Shown: positions 24,915 to 38,242, numbered from the whole stretch's first letter. The stretch: DNA of 63,616 nt, filler included, from Chiloscyllium plagiosum (GCF_004010195.1; 6 parts of one record of this genome joined end to end with filler, not necessarily neighbours in it); one strand, 5' to 3'. Notes: a model not told the origin generated them from the sequence alone. A program made the numbers and translations.

Positions 24915-25555
24915 GTAACAGATTGATTCCTGGGATGGCACGACTGATGTATAAAGAGAGACTGGATCGGTGAGGGCTATATTCCCTGGGGTTTAGACAA
25001 ATATGGGGATCTCATAGAAACCAATAAAATTCTAACAGAGCTAGACAGGGTAAGCTGAGGACGGATGTTCCCGGTGACCGTGAGTCCAGAACCAGGGAGT
25101 CTCAGACTAAGGATGCGACTGGAATGAGGAAACATGTCTTCACCCAGAGAGTGGGGAGCTGGTGAAATTCTCTGCTACAGAAAGCAGTGAGGCCAAAACA
25201 TTAAACAAGAAGGAGTTCGATAAAGGTGTGCGGGTTAGGGTGGATTGGCCGTGCTACATTGCCCATAGTGTCCAGGGATGTGCAGGCTAGGTGGGTTAGC
25301 CATGGGAAATGTGGGGCTACAGGGACAGGGTGAGGGATAGGTCTGGGTGGGATACTCTTCAGAGAGTTGGTGTGAACTTAATGGGCTGAATATTCTGTTT
25401 CCACACGGTAGGCATTTTATGATTTTATGATAGATTTTAACAGGTTCCTACTAAGAGAAAGCAGGAACAGGGGACTGGTTTGGATGATCAGCCATGATCA
25501 CATTGAACGGCAGAGAAGGGCCGAATGGCCTACTGCTGCTCCTATTTTCTGTGTT
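24915..25555 (+). mobile_element. Old CR1 3' fragment with nested partial HE1-like SINE (~25225-25420)
   Basis: CR1 3' motifs (TTCACCCAGAGAGTGG, GGGCCGAATGGCCTACTGCTG) and SINE tail motifs. Confidence 0.75.
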
Positions 25556-25811
25556 TCTCTCTGCCCCAGTTCAGAAAGACATTGACAGAAAGACTGGTAA
25601 TGACTGAGCTTCCTGCCTGCCCACTTACAAGAGATATGAGTGTTTGTGTGTGTGTGTGAGAGAGAGAGAGTGAGAGAGATGGGTGGTGTGTGTGAGTCGG
25701 TGGGTGGTGTGTGTGAGAGAGTAGGTGGTGTACGTGTGTGTGAGAGAGTGGGTGGTGTACGTGTGTATGTGACAGAGAGTGGTGTGTGTTTGAGTGGGTG
25801 GTGGGTGTGTG

Positions 25812-25911
25812 NNNNNNNNNNNNNNNNNNNNNNNNNNNNNNNNNNNNNNNNNNNNTTAATTAATTAANNNNNNNNNNNNNNNNNNNNNNNNNNNNNNNNN
25901 NNNNNNNNNNN
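25812..25911. other. Artificial contig linker
   Basis: 44N-TTAATTAATTAA-44N. Confidence 0.95.
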
Positions 25912-26058
25912 GAAGCGGCAGGGACTGACCACTATAAACACCGGAGGAAACATCAAAGAAGCGCTTCGCAGGAGGCTCCCAAGCACTGATGATGTCGCCT
26001 AGCCAGGGGACGAAACATTTGCAACAAAAACTTCCAGCTCGGCGAACAGAACCACAAT
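25912..26058 (+). mobile_element. 3' terminus of Poseidon-like PLE with mutated hammerhead
   Basis: Nearly identical to 41855-42000. Hammerhead at 25983-26022 has ACAT instead of palindromic ACGT. Confidence 0.85.
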
Positions 26059-26059
26059 A

Positions 26060-27290
26060 ACATCTTTGTTTAGAAGGGAAGGAGGCAGAATTCAGGAAAC
26101 TATAGGCTGCTTAGCCACCCTCGGTCATTGGTAAGATTTCAGAGTTCATTATTAAAAATGAAATTGCATCATACTCGAAAATATAGCTGAGTCAGAAAAG
26201 CTTCATCAAGGGGAGGTCATACCTTACAAGTCTGATAGAATTTTTTGAGGTAACAAGCAAATTAGACTAGGGAGAGCCAGTGGACATAATCTATTTGGAT
26301 TTCCAGAAGGCCTTTCTGGTGCCACACAGGAGATTGCCGAACAAAATAAAAGCCCCTGGTGTTAGGGGCAAGGCAATCGCATGATTAGAAGACTGGCAGA
26401 CTGACAAAAGATAGAAAGTGGAGATAAAGGGGCCTTTTTCAGAATGGCAACCAATGACTAGTGGAGTTTTGCAGGGGTCAGTGTTGGGACCACCACTTTT
26501 CACATTATACATTAATGATCTGGACAAAGTAACTGAGGGTATCTTTGCTAAGTTTATAGATGACACAAAGATAGGTGGGGGACAGGAAGTGTTGAGGACG
26601 TAGGAAGGCTGCAGAAGGGCTTGGATATTCAAGGCAAGTAGGCAAAAGTGGCATTTGGAATACAATGAGAGAAGGTGCGAAGTAATAGATTTTGGTTGGA
26701 AGATTAGAAGCGTGGACTATTTTCTAAAAGGGTAAAGGCTTCTGAAATCTGAAGCACAAAGGAATCTTGGGAGTCCTAGATCAGAATTCTCTTCAAGTTA
26801 ACATGCAGGTTCACTTTTCGGTTAGGAAGGCAAATGCAATGTTGGCATTCGTTTCAAGATGGCAGGAAAACAAAAGCAGAGGTGTACTGTTGGGGCTGTA
26901 TAAGGCCCATAATCTGACTGTATTTGGAACATCATGAGCAGTTTTGGGCCCTGTATCTAAGGAAGACTATGCTGGTCCTGGAGGCATCCTGAAGGGGTTG
27001 ACAAGAATGATCCTAGGACACAGCCTCAAGATGAAGGGATGATCCTTTAGAACTGAGATGAGGAGGAATTTTTTTAGCCAGAGGGTGGTGACTCTCTGGA
27101 ACTCATCATTGCAGAGGGCTGTGGAGGCCAAGCTTGAATGTATGGAAGACAAAAATAGTTAGGCTCTTAATTAGTTAATGGCTATGGGAGAAGGCAGAAG
27201 AATGAGGTTGAGAATGATACCAGCCACGATCAAATGGCGGAGTGAACTCGATTGGCTGAATAGCCAAACTCTGCTCCAATACCTTATGGT
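26060..27290 (+). mobile_element. Degenerate CR1 RT to 3' end
   Basis: Peptide SGVLQGSVLGPPLFTLYINDLD...KFIDDTKIGG. Confidence 0.9.
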
Positions 27291-28203
27291 GTTCTGAAGG
27301 ATGGTATATTGGACTCAAAATGTTAACTGTGTCTCTTTCCAGATGTTATTGATGCTGTTAGGTTGTGTCTCTTTGCAGGGGGTAGGGAGGACTGTGAACA
27401 GAGGAAGCAGGATGTGAACAGCGAGGAAAGGCAGGCTGTGAATAGTGTAGAATAGGTGGGCCAGTATTCACAAACAGGAAGGAGGGCTGTGAATAAAAGG
27501 GTAGGCTGTGAAAGACGAGGAAGGCTGTGAACGGCAGGGGAGACAGGTGTGAAAGTGGGCAGGCAGGTGGGAATGGGGAGGGAAGGGAAAGAGGGGGACA
27601 GCTGAGGGGGAAGGGGTGTGTGAGTAGTTGGAGGCGGCTGTGAACAGGGGAGGTGGGTGTGAATGGGAAATGGTGCTGTGAACAAGTCTCTTCCCCATAA
27701 AAAGCCTAGACATTGCCTGGAAAACAAGTGTGGTTCCAAGCACAAGTACTATTGTTGCACCTTCAATTGTGATTCATCTACTTCCCAGTTTCTAGGAAAA
27801 GAACTGCTACAGATCAGCAAACTGACAAATTCGCAACTGAACACTGACTCACTGAATTCCAAGTATTGCAAACTAATATTAACATTTTTGATTTTTTAAG
27901 AAACTCAAACTGTAACTTTCTTCCTTTCTTCTTCTGTTCCTTTCTACCTTGCATGTCTGTTTATGAAAAAAATAGCAAAGTGCAATCTTCCAGAGTTCTG
28001 AATTTGTTCCAATAAACCCGACCTTTGTTTATCATCCTTCAGAATTCTGCTGTGTGGTTTATTTCAAAGATTGAAATGAACAAAAAGGGTTTGGGGGAAA
28101 TATGCTTCAGCCCACTTCAGTAAAAACAGGATTACAAGGAAAAACATTCCATCCAACAATACATTGCTGCCTTGAGTTTATAAGAGGTAAAGCAGAATAA
28201 TCA

Positions 28204-28340
28204 GATCTGAGGAAGGGTCATTCAACCTGAAACATTAACTCTGATTTCTCTACACAGATGCTGCCAAACATACTGAGCTTTTCCAGCAATTTCTGTTTTT
28301 GTCTCTGATTTACAGCACCCGCAGTCCTTTCAGTTTTTAT
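28204..28340 (+). mobile_element. Short PLE-terminus-derived element (third family), degenerate hammerhead
   Basis: CTGAGGAAGGGTCATTCAACCTGAAACATT followed by GATGCTGCC...GAGCTTTTCCAGCAA. Related copies at ~44850-44970 (+), ~49872-50003 (-) and ~51300-51385 (-). Confidence 0.65.
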
Positions 28341-28737
28341 CATTTAAATTCACACCCATTCCTTCATCGTCCGTAGCACAGCCCCATTCACTTTTCTTCA
28401 GCAAATAACTTTGTGAATACTTCCTTTCATTTTTTTTCCCATCTGCATGCTATACCCATGAAACTTATTCCTCTCACCACAAATACTGATTGATCTGCTA
28501 CGTTTCAACATTTTATGTTTTTGTTTCAGACTTCTTTCATTTTGTGCAATGAAAAATGTTACAACTTTTAAAATTTGTTCATGGGATGTGGACTAGGCCA
28601 GCATTTCTCACTAATTTCTAACTGCCCCCAACAAGGATCTGATGAGCAGACTTCATGAACAATTTAAACTAATTCGGCAGCAGGAGGGGATACAGACTGT
28701 TTGAAGAATAAGGGTACAGAGTCATACAGTAACACAA

Positions 28738-28992
28738 TCAAGATTAGAGTAGTGCTGGAAATGCACAGCAAGTCAGGCAGCATCCGAGAAGCAGGAAAAT
28801 TGTCAGTTCGGACACGAGCCCTTCATCAAGAATCATTGTTAATATGAGTCATTGTTAATGATTCCTGATGAAGGGCTCCTGCCCAAAATGTCGATTTTCC
28901 TGCTCCTCAGATACTGCCTGACCTGCTGTGCATTCCAGCACCATTCTAATTTTGACTCTAATCTCCAGCATCTGCAGTCCTCACATTTGCCT
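28738..28992. mobile_element. Fold-back pair of PLE termini with short captured spacer
   Basis: Two inverted termini with hammerhead-like cores. TSD AGTAACACAATCAAG at both ends. Confidence 0.85.
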
Positions 28993-29231
28993 AGTAACAC
29001 AATCAAGTCAGAGGCAGTGCATTGATTTTAAAGGGAGTAAGACAAGGCTGGATGAGCTTTACTTTAATGCCAGGAGTATCAAAGGTAAAATGTATGAGTC
29101 ATTGTTAATGACTGACATGTAGAAGCGTGATACAGTAGTCATCACAATCCAGGAAATAGACAATATCTTCAAGCAAGACAGAGGAGGGGTTAAAAGAGGA
29201 GGACTCATTGCATAATTAGTGAAGGAGTGAT

Positions 29232-29455
29232 TCGGTTTAGCTTAGCTGGCTAGATCATTGGAATACAGAGTGGTGTGATGCCAATAGCGTGGGTTCAATT
29301 CCCAATACCAGTCTGAGGTTACCATGAAGGACTCTCCTTCTCAACCTCTTCCCACCCCTGAGGTTTGGTAGCCTTCAGGTTAAATCACCATCAGTCACTT
29401 CTCTCTCTTATGAGAAAGCAGTCCCTATGGTCTGGTAAGACTATGGCAACACAAC
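29232..29455 (+). mobile_element. tRNA-derived SINE (unnamed family)
   Basis: A-box-like TAGCTTAGCTGG, B-box GGTTCAATTCCC, A-rich tail, imperfect TSD GT(G/T)AAGGAGT; splits a CR1 endonuclease segment. Confidence 0.7.
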
Positions 29456-32116
29456 AAAAAGGTTAAGGAGTCAGTCACAGCAGTGAGGTGAGACATCTTG
29501 GAAGGGACATCAAATGAATCTTTGTTGGTCAAGCTTAGGAATAAAAAAGGGGCAGCCACATTGCTAAGTGCTTATTGTAGGCCCCGAGAGAATCAGTAGA
29601 AAATTGAGGAGCAGATTTGTGCACAATTTGCAGAGGTGTGTCAAAGCAATAACCAAAGGGTAATTACATTTTCAATTTTCCCAACATTAACTGGGATAGA
29701 CAGTGTTAAGGACTTAGATGGATTGGATTTCATGAAATGTGTCCAGGAGAACTTTTCAGGCCAATACTGTAATTTAGATTATGTAACCAGCTAGTGCTGC
29801 GAGTTGGTTATAAGTGTGGGCTCAGGTGAATACTGGGCTTTAATGAAGAAGGCGAGCAAGGTAAAGGCAAGGTTCTTCTATCTTTCTTAGAATGAGAGCC
29901 AAGAGATGGCAGTCAGGGAAGTGGTGTGCTCCTCCTGCCAGATGTGGGAGATCAGGGAGCAGTCTAATGTCCCTCATGACAATGTCTGCAGGGAAATGTG
30001 ACTGGCTGCAGCTTCTCGCAGACCGCATCGTTCAGTTGGAGTGACAGTTAGACACACAGAGGATCTCACAGGGGGAAGAGAGTATGACAGACACTAGTTA
30101 CAGAGAGGTGGTCACACTGCAGGCTCAACCAGGTAGATGGGTGACCATCAGAAGGGGCAGGCAGGTTGTGCAGGAGTCTCCTGTGGCTATTCCACTCTCT
30201 AACATGTATACTGTTTTGGATATTGTTGGTCGGAATAACCTCTCAGGGGAGTATAACAGCAGCAGCCAGGCTTGTGGCACCACCACTGGCTCTGCTGTAG
30301 AGCAGGGTGGGGCAAAATCAGGCGCTTCTGTGATCACGTTCAAGACTCCAAGATGATGTATTGTCTCCCTGGAGCCAGGGTCAAGGTCATCTGAGAGGGT
30401 GCATGAAATTCTTAAGGAATTGTGCACATTGGTACCAATGACATAGGTAGAAAGAGGGATGAGATCCTGCTGAGTAAGTACAGGGAGTTAGGATAGAGGC
30501 TGAAAAGCAGAACCTCGAGGGTAGGAATCTTTGGGTTACTATCAGTGCCAAGTGCTTTTAAAAAAAGATAGGACAGATGAATGCGTGGCTAAGAAGCTGG
30601 TGCGGAGAGCAGGGTTTCAGATCCTTGGATCATTGGGACCTCTTCTGGGACAGGGGTGACCTGTACAAGAGGGACGTGTTGCATCTAATCTGGAGTAAAA
30701 TCAATATCCTCACAGGGAGGGTTTAAACTAGAGTAGTAAGGGACTGGAAACCCGAGCAGCAGATCAGCAAGTGGAAGGATTGATGGGAAAGTAAATATAA
30801 AGACCAGTAAATCAGAAAGAAAGGACAGGCAGAGACAGATAAATGAACACAATGGTACAAGTGGGCTGAAGTGTGTTTATTTCAGTGCAAGGAGTATTAT
30901 AGATAAGGGAAATGTGTTTAGAGCTTGGATCAATACATGGGACTATGACGTCGTGGCCATTACAGAGATTTGGTTGACAGAGGGACAGGACTGGCTGCTC
31001 AATGTTCCAGGGGTTCGTTGTTTTAGACAAGATAAAGGAAGATAAAAGAGCTGGAAGAGTTGCATTACTAATTAGGGAGAATTCACATCTGTATTCAAAG
31101 AGGAGATACTGAAGGGCTCATCCATGAGGCAATATGGGTGGACCTCAAAAGTAAAATGGATGCAATCACTCTTATAGGATTATACTATAGGCCCCGCCAC
31201 AGCTGTTGAGGAACAAATATGTAAGTAAATTATGGAAAGATGCAATAAAAATAGAGTTATCATAGTGGGTGACTTTAACTTCTCAAATATTGACTGGGAC
31301 TCCCCTACAGCAAGGGCTTAGATAGGGCAGTATTTATTAAGTGCATCCATGTGGGTTTCTCAAAACAGTATATGGATGGTCAACCGGCTATTGAGCTTGG
31401 CCAGGTGACTGACCTTTCAGTGGGAGAGCATTTTCGAAACAGGGATCACAAACTCCTTAGGTTTTAAGATAGCTATGAGAAAGGATAAGCGAGGACCTTG
31501 TGGAAAAATAGTAAACTGGGGGAGAGCAATTTATGTCAGTATTAGGCAGGAGCTAGGAAGTATTAATTGGGAGGAGTTGTTATCGGGCAAGTTGGCGAGG
31601 TCCCGGAGGACCAGTGAGCAGCTAATATTGCTAATCCATTCAAGAAGGGGAAAAAAGGATATCTAGGAAACTATCAATGAGTCTTACATTGGTGGTTGGG
31701 AAGCTCCTGGAGAAAATTCTTAGTGATGGGATTTATGTGCATTTGGAAAAGCATGACCAAAATAGGGTCAGTCAGCATGGCTTTGCACAGAGCAAGTCAT
31801 GTTTTACCATCTTAATCGAATTTTTAGAGGAGGTAACAAAGGTGACTGATGAGGTAGAGCAGTGGATGTCATCTGCATGGATTTTAGTAAGGCTTTCGAC
31901 AAAGTCCCTCATGGTAGGCTCATCCAGAAGGTTAGGATGCATGAGATTCACAGTGACTTGGCCACGTTGATTCAGAAATGGCTTGCTCATAGAAGACAGA
32001 GGGTAGTGGTAGAAGCATGTATTTCAGGCTGGAGGCCTGTGATTAGTAATGTTCTGCAGGAAACTGTACTGGGGCCTCTACTTGGATGAAAATACAGATG
32101 GGTGGGTTAGTAAATG

Positions 32117-32459
32117 TGGTAAAAACAATGACTGCAGATGCTGGAAACCAGATTCTGGATTAGTGGTGCTGGAAGAGCACAGCAGTTCAGGCAGCATCCG
32201 AGGAACAGTAAAATCGACGTTTCGGGCAAAAGCCCTTCATCAGGAATAAAGGCAGAGAGCCTGAAGCATGGAGAGATAAGCTAGAGGAGGATCGGGGTGG
32301 GAGAAAGTAGCATAGAGTACAATAGGTGAGTGGGGGAGGGGATGAAGGTGATAGGTCGGGGCGGGGACAGGGTGGAGTGGATAGGTGGAAAAGAAGATAG
32401 GCAGGTAGGACAAGTCCTGACAAGTCATGGGGACAGTGCTGAGCTGGAAGTTTGGAACT
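32117..32459 (-). mobile_element. PLE 3' terminus with intact hammerhead core (32212-32247)
   Basis: Minus strand reads ATTC-CTGATGA-A-GGGC TTTT GCCC-GAAA-CGTC-GATT, with a pyrimidine-rich UTR similar to 950-1095. Confidence 0.85.
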
Positions 32460-32559
32460 NNNNNNNNNNNNNNNNNNNNNNNNNNNNNNNNNNNNNNNNN
32501 NNNTTAATTAATTAANNNNNNNNNNNNNNNNNNNNNNNNNNNNNNNNNNNNNNNNNNNN
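32460..32559. other. Artificial contig linker
   Basis: 44N-TTAATTAATTAA-44N. Confidence 0.95.
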
Positions 32560-32990
32560 TTTCATACTCTCCTCTTTAACAATACGGTCCCTCTCATTTG
32601 TAAATACTGAAGAAAAGTTCTCATTCAAGACCTCTCCTATCTCTTCCAATCAATACACAGTCTCCCACTACTGTCCTTGATCGGACCTACCCTCGTTCTC
32701 GTCATTCTCATGTTTCTCACATACGCAAATGTGAGAAACATGAGAATGATGTTTCTACTGCCAAAGATTTTTCTTTGATCCTACCACCAAAGATTTTTCA
32801 TGCCCTCTCTTAGCTCTCCTAATCCCTTTGTTCAGCTCCCTCCTGCCTATCCTGTATCCCTCCAACGCTCTGTCTGAACCTTGTTTCCTCAACCTTATGT
32901 AAGCCTCCTTCTTCCTCTTTACTAGACATTCAACCTCCCTCGTCAACCACGGTTCCCTCACACGGCCATCTCTTTCCTGCCTGACAGGTG
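32560..32990 (-). mobile_element. CR1 ORF2 fragment
   Basis: Peptide REPWLTREVECLVKRKKEAY; close to 47600-48008. Confidence 0.85.
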
Positions 32991-32994
32991 CAAA

Positions 32995-34640
32995 TATTAT
33001 TTGAAGTTATTCAGTCCATTTATCAACCTAATAACAGCAGGGAAGAAGCTGTTCTTGAACCTGCTGGTGCGTGTGTTCAAGCTTCTGTATCTTCTGCCTG
33101 ACAGAAGAGGTTGTAGGAGAGCATTACCAGGGTGCAGCGGGTCTTTAATAATGTCGGCAGCATTTCTTTGGCAATGAGACGTGTAAATGGAGTCCATGGA
33201 GGTTGGCTTCCATGATGGTCTGGACTGGTCTGCACTCAACGTTCTGTAGTTTCTTAAGGTTCAGGGCAGAACAGTTGCCGTATCAGGCCTTTGTGCACCT
33301 GGACAGCCTGCTTTCTGTAAATGTTGGTCAGCGTCCTTATGGACATGCCAACTTTCCTGCACTGGAGGCGTTGTTGTTCCTTCTTCACCATCGCGTCTAT
33401 GTGGGAGGTCCAGGACTGGTTGTCGGTTATCATCAATCCTAGGAACTTGACGTCCTCTACCCTCTCCACCTGCGCTCCAATGCCATAGATAGGGAGGTGT
33501 TCTCTTCCTTGCTTCCTGAAGTCAATGATCAGTTCCTTTGTTTAGCCGACATTGAGAGAGAGGCTGTTATTAGATTAGATTACCTACAGTATGGAAACAG
33601 GCCCTCCAGCCCAACCAGTCCACACCGACCGTCCAAGGAGTAACCCACCCAGATCCATTTCCCTCTGACTAATGCACCTAACACTATGGGTAATTTAGCA
33701 TGGCTAACTCACCTGACCTGCACATCTTTGGACTGTGGGAGGAAACCGGAGCACCCGGAGGAAACCCATGCAGACACGGGGAGAACGTGCAAACTCCACA
33801 CAAACAGTCACCCGAGGCTGGAATCGAACCTGGGTCCCTGGTGCTTTGAGGCAGCAGTGCTAACCACTGAGACACCGTGCTGCCCTAATCATTGCACCAT
33901 GTCACCAAGACTTCTATCTTGTTACTTGATATCTGTCCTACCATAGTGGTGTCATGAGCAGACTTGGAGATGGCATTCATTCAGAATGTGGTGATACAGC
34001 TGTGGTTGTACAGGGATGACAGCAGGGGGTTGAGAACTCCTTGGGGGGGTGGGGGGGCTCCAGTGTTGGATCTTACCATGGAGGAGGTGCAGTTGTCTAT
34101 CTTAACTGATTGTGGTCTGTGGGTCAGGAAGCTGAGGACCCAGTTACAGAGGGCAGAGCCAGGACCTAGGTCTCGGAGTTTTGAGATCGGCCTGGAGGGG
34201 GTAATGGTGTTGAAGGCGGAGCTGTAGTCAATGAGCAGGAGTCTGACGGAGATGTTATGTTGCCCAGATGTTGCAGGGATAGGGCTAGGGAAGTGGTGTC
34301 CGTTGCTGACCTGTTACGTCAGTAGGCAAATTGCAGGGGATTGAGGCAGGCTGGGAGGATAGAGTCGATGTGGGCTGTGACCAGCCTCTAGAAGCATTTC
34401 ATGATTATGGAGGTCAGAGCCACTGGGCAGCAGTCACTAAGGCACCCTGCATGTGTGTCCTTACATATGGGGATGATAGTGGTCTTCTTGAAGCAGGTGG
34501 GGACTTTGGCTTGTAGGAGGGAGAGGTTGAAGATGTCAGTATGTACTTCCGCCGCCTGGTCCGCATGGGATCCAAGGGCATGGCCAGGGACTCCGTCCAG
34601 ACCTGACACTTTCCTTAGGTTGATTCCCAAGGTCAACCTG
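32995..34640 (-). mobile_element. Rex1/Babar-like LINE, 5'-truncated and degenerate
   Basis: Peptides TDIFNLSLLQAKVPTCFKKTTIIPI...PVALTSIIMKCF, ERVEDVKFLG and IIKDPLHPG...SGRRYRSL...RFKNSFFPAVIRLIN. Confidence 0.85.
33570..33886 (-). mobile_element. HE1-like V-SINE nested in the Rex1-like LINE
   Basis: Full head, V-domain and tail on the minus strand. Confidence 0.9.
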
Positions 34641-35179
34641 TAGGTTGGCCCAAAATGCTATTAGGAAGGGAATTCCAGGATATTGACCTAAAGGCGTTGA
34701 AGGAATGCCGATACATTTCCAAGTCAGGATGGTGAGTGGCTTGATAGGGAACTTGCAAGTGGTATTCTATTGGCTCCCAAGTTGCATCTATAAACACATT
34801 TTAAATCAAAATATGTACATATCATGTCCTCCACTAAATACAGGTACCTGACTGAATATTCTGTGTGTATCTGTTATTCAATCGATCACTAATTCTTGGA
34901 ACTCACTATAACATATAGATTCAATCACTGATAGTTACTCACTGTCCTTTTCTCATCTACAAACAGAAGCTTCTCAGATCAAGCCTTACAAACACACATT
35001 GAGTTGGCTACACTAACCAATTCTCACAGTGTGATGCAAGTTTATAGGCAGCTATTCATCCTTTCATCTCACACGTCAAAGACTCCTGCGGTGTTATTTA
35101 ATCCAAACAAGATTCAATTTTCTTGGTTTTCTGTTTGTTTGGCATGGAGATTCACTGCGAGATAGAATCATGTCTGAAA

Positions 35180-36485
35180 GTCAAATGGCTGAGTCAGATC
35201 CCAGCTCATAGTCAACAAAATGACAAAGCTCTTTTGCAGATGACAAAACAGATTTGTCATTTTGTTTTACAAGGAGTATGGGGCCAGGCTCATCAAGGTC
35301 TGTCCACAGTACAGCCTTATTCCAGGATTAACCAAATTCACATCCATTGCACCTCCTCTGAGGTAAGTATATCTTCCTGAATAGGCAGAGTAAAACTGTT
35401 CACAGTTTTAGACATGATTGCTCAGTCAGTATCATTTTGCTACACAGTTCAGCTCAATTCAAGATCACTTCGACTGTTCGACCCATCAAATCTGCTCCTA
35501 CATTCAGCGAAATCAAGACTGGCTTTCTATCATGTGGCTTGATGTCACACAATGGGCTTGGGTTCAAGACAGACTGGTGACAAAACAGATTTGTCATTTT
35601 GTTGACTATGAGCTGGGATCTGACTCAGCCATTTGACATTTAGACATGATTGCTCAGTCAGTATCATTTTGCTACACAGTTCAGCTCAATTCAAGATCAC
35701 TTCAACTGTTCGACCCATCAAATCTGCTCCTACATTCAGCGAAATCAAGACTGGCTTTCTATCATGTGGCTTGATGTCACACAATGGGCTTGGGTTCAAG
35801 ACAGACTGGCTGAGGAGAAAGCAAAGTCGAGAACTGTGTTTCAGCTTCGGCTTCAAAATAGAGCTATTTATCGTACATTAACTCAAAATATTCCTATATA
35901 TACCAGCCTCTGATCTTACATGAGGCACGGACTAATCAATCTACTTAATGTGTTCATGCCCATGTTGCAGTCTGGTTTGGTGCAGAGTTCTAGATTGTTC
36001 TAACTCCACCTACACTATGCTACTTATGCCCAGTGATGTACATGACATCATTGAATCCTTCACACAACAAGCTTCAGTTGCTCACTTGATCCCCACATCC
36101 CCGATTCCCTCAAGTCTTGAACACACTCACTGACTGAGCATCTACAGCACTCTGGGCAGACCATTCCAAAGATGTGCACACACCTTGAAATGAAAAAATT
36201 TCTCCTGGTCTTAGTCTTTGTAAATCTCTTTTCCTGAGACTTGAAATTCCGCTCTCACCGCCACTGCCAGACTAAACACCACCTTAGCCGGCCAACCCTG
36301 CAAATGATTTGTACGCATCAGTGAGATTACCTCCGTCTCGCATAAAATACAAGGAGTATGGGGCCAGGCTCATCAAGGTCTGTCCACAGTACAGCCTTAT
36401 TCCAGGATTAACCAAATTCACATCCATTGCACCTCCTCTGAGGTAAGTATATCTTCCTGAATAGGCAGAGTAAAACTGTTCACAG
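35180..36485. repeat. Local duplication/inversion complex
   Basis: 35407-35577 matches 35639-35809 (171 bp, one mismatch seen); 35268-35405 matches 36348-36485 (138 bp); 35180-35227 is inverted at 35590-35637. Confidence 0.9.
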
Positions 36486-36872
36486 CAGTGGCAGGACTAG
36501 ATGGCAACAAAGCTCTCTACAAGACTTCCTTATCCTTATTTCTCTATCTTTGCAATCCACACTACCCTAATTGGTTTTTCCTAATTGCTTGCTTTATCTG
36601 CAAGTTTACCGTTAGGGTCTCAGAATCACACCATGAGTTTCTCAATGCGCAGTTAGCACATTCCTAATAACACACTCCAGCATATTCAAGGATATCTAAA
36701 CTCCACTGAACACCAGCATTTTCCAGTCTCACTCCTTTCTAAACAATTCTGCTTATCTATCTTTGCAATCCAATGGTATAATCTCACTTTTGTCCATATC
36801 ACATACGATCTGCCGCTGCTTTAGTTCAGGTTTTGGCCATTAGATAGTGATAAATCTCTGCCATTGGAGGTT

Positions 36873-37090
36873 ATAGAGTCATAGTCATAGAGCTGTACAG
36901 CATGGAAACAGATCCTACGGTCCAATCCGTCCATGCCGACCAGATATCCCAACCCAATCCAGTCCCACCTGCCAGCACCCGGCCCATATCCCTCCAAACC
37001 CTTCCTATTCATAAATGCCTTTTAAATGTTGCAATTGTACCAGCCTCCACCACTTCCTCTGGCAGCTCATTCCATACACGTACCACCCTG
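36873..37090 (-). mobile_element. CR1 3' end fragment
   Basis: Same family as 6204-6524. Confidence 0.85.
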
Positions 37091-38242
37091 CTTTAATTAG
37101 CATGCTCTCTCTCCCTTACGGTGCTCCTTAACATCAACTTCCTTGAATGACTATGTGGTCATTTGTCCTCAGGCCTCATTACACAACTTGCTTCAAGTAT
37201 GATCACACACTCCGGTGAAGTGTCTTGAACATTTTGCTGTCGTTCTCCTTGTCTGCTCACTCAGCTTGGTTATATCCATGTTGAGCGTCTTTGTATCCTC
37301 CACACAGCTCGGCGTGTACAATGTCAACAAACCTGGACACATGACCCTCAGTCCCCTCAACTGGAGATTGACAAAGTTGATCTCCACTGTTCATGGCAGA
37401 GTCAAGTTCTGATCCTAGCTGCAGCCCCCACCCCCAACTTGAAGCGAGCTAACAGAACTGTCGAGTGCAACTTCCTTTTCAAACTTCTGCTTTTCGGTTT
37501 TCCAAATGCCCAGCTGCTACATTCCCAACAATAGATTTTAGCGTTCGCCAGATGTCAGACTTAACTGGCTTCCGCTCCTAGTTTTTATCTCTTTCTAACT
37601 TTACTTTCTTCCATATGGGAGAAGCAAATGCGACTTTCCCATCCCACAGGATTCATGCTTGAACCTGGGAACCTTTGGCAGATCAATCAGAGTCAGTGTA
37701 ACTATACCATTGCCTGATACCAGCATCAGAGTTTCCCCTTTGTGGAGAACTTAGCGTGCAACGTTCACCTCATCGTAAAGTCACGCAGAAAAGCTTCTGC
37801 AAACTGAGGAAGCATTCTGCTGATTATCGATGAGTAACTAGCACTCATCTTTCACATCGGCTGAAATCCGACAAACTTCCTTCAGTGAGGAAATAGTGAA
37901 CAACCAATATTTGACCCTGAAGGGTGATTGGCATTTGAATCTAAAATTTTACTTCAAATTCTGTGAAGGTTGCAATGCCAATAAGTTTCGACTTTCCCTG
38001 AGAGGGAGTAATTTCAAGTAGGAATCAGCTGGCCCCAAAACAGTAACATCAGTGAATCTCTACCGTCAGTATTAAAATCAGAAAATGCTGGACAAACGCA
38101 GCAAGATTGACAGAAGCCACGGAGAGAATATATTTTGAGTTAATGGCTAATATTTGAGGAGGCGATAGTCTAGTGGTATTATTGCTAGACCATTAATCTA
38201 AAAACTCAGCTAAACTTCTGAGGATCCAGGTTTCAATCCTGT

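Larger units (their letters stand above)
28640..32115 (+). mobile_element. CR1 LINE remnants including ORF1 (zinc finger + SGNH esterase) and ORF2
   Basis: At ~29906 the sequence reads MAVREVVCSSCQMWEI...C..C; VHIGTNDIG at ~30422; FSARSI and WDYDVVAITEIWL endonuclease motifs; MDFSKAFDKVPHGR. Confidence 0.85.

Noticed and set aside
27370..27690. Regulatory repeat of GGCTGTGAA units
   Set aside because: Irregular purine-rich low-complexity stretch with no constant period and no supporting context.
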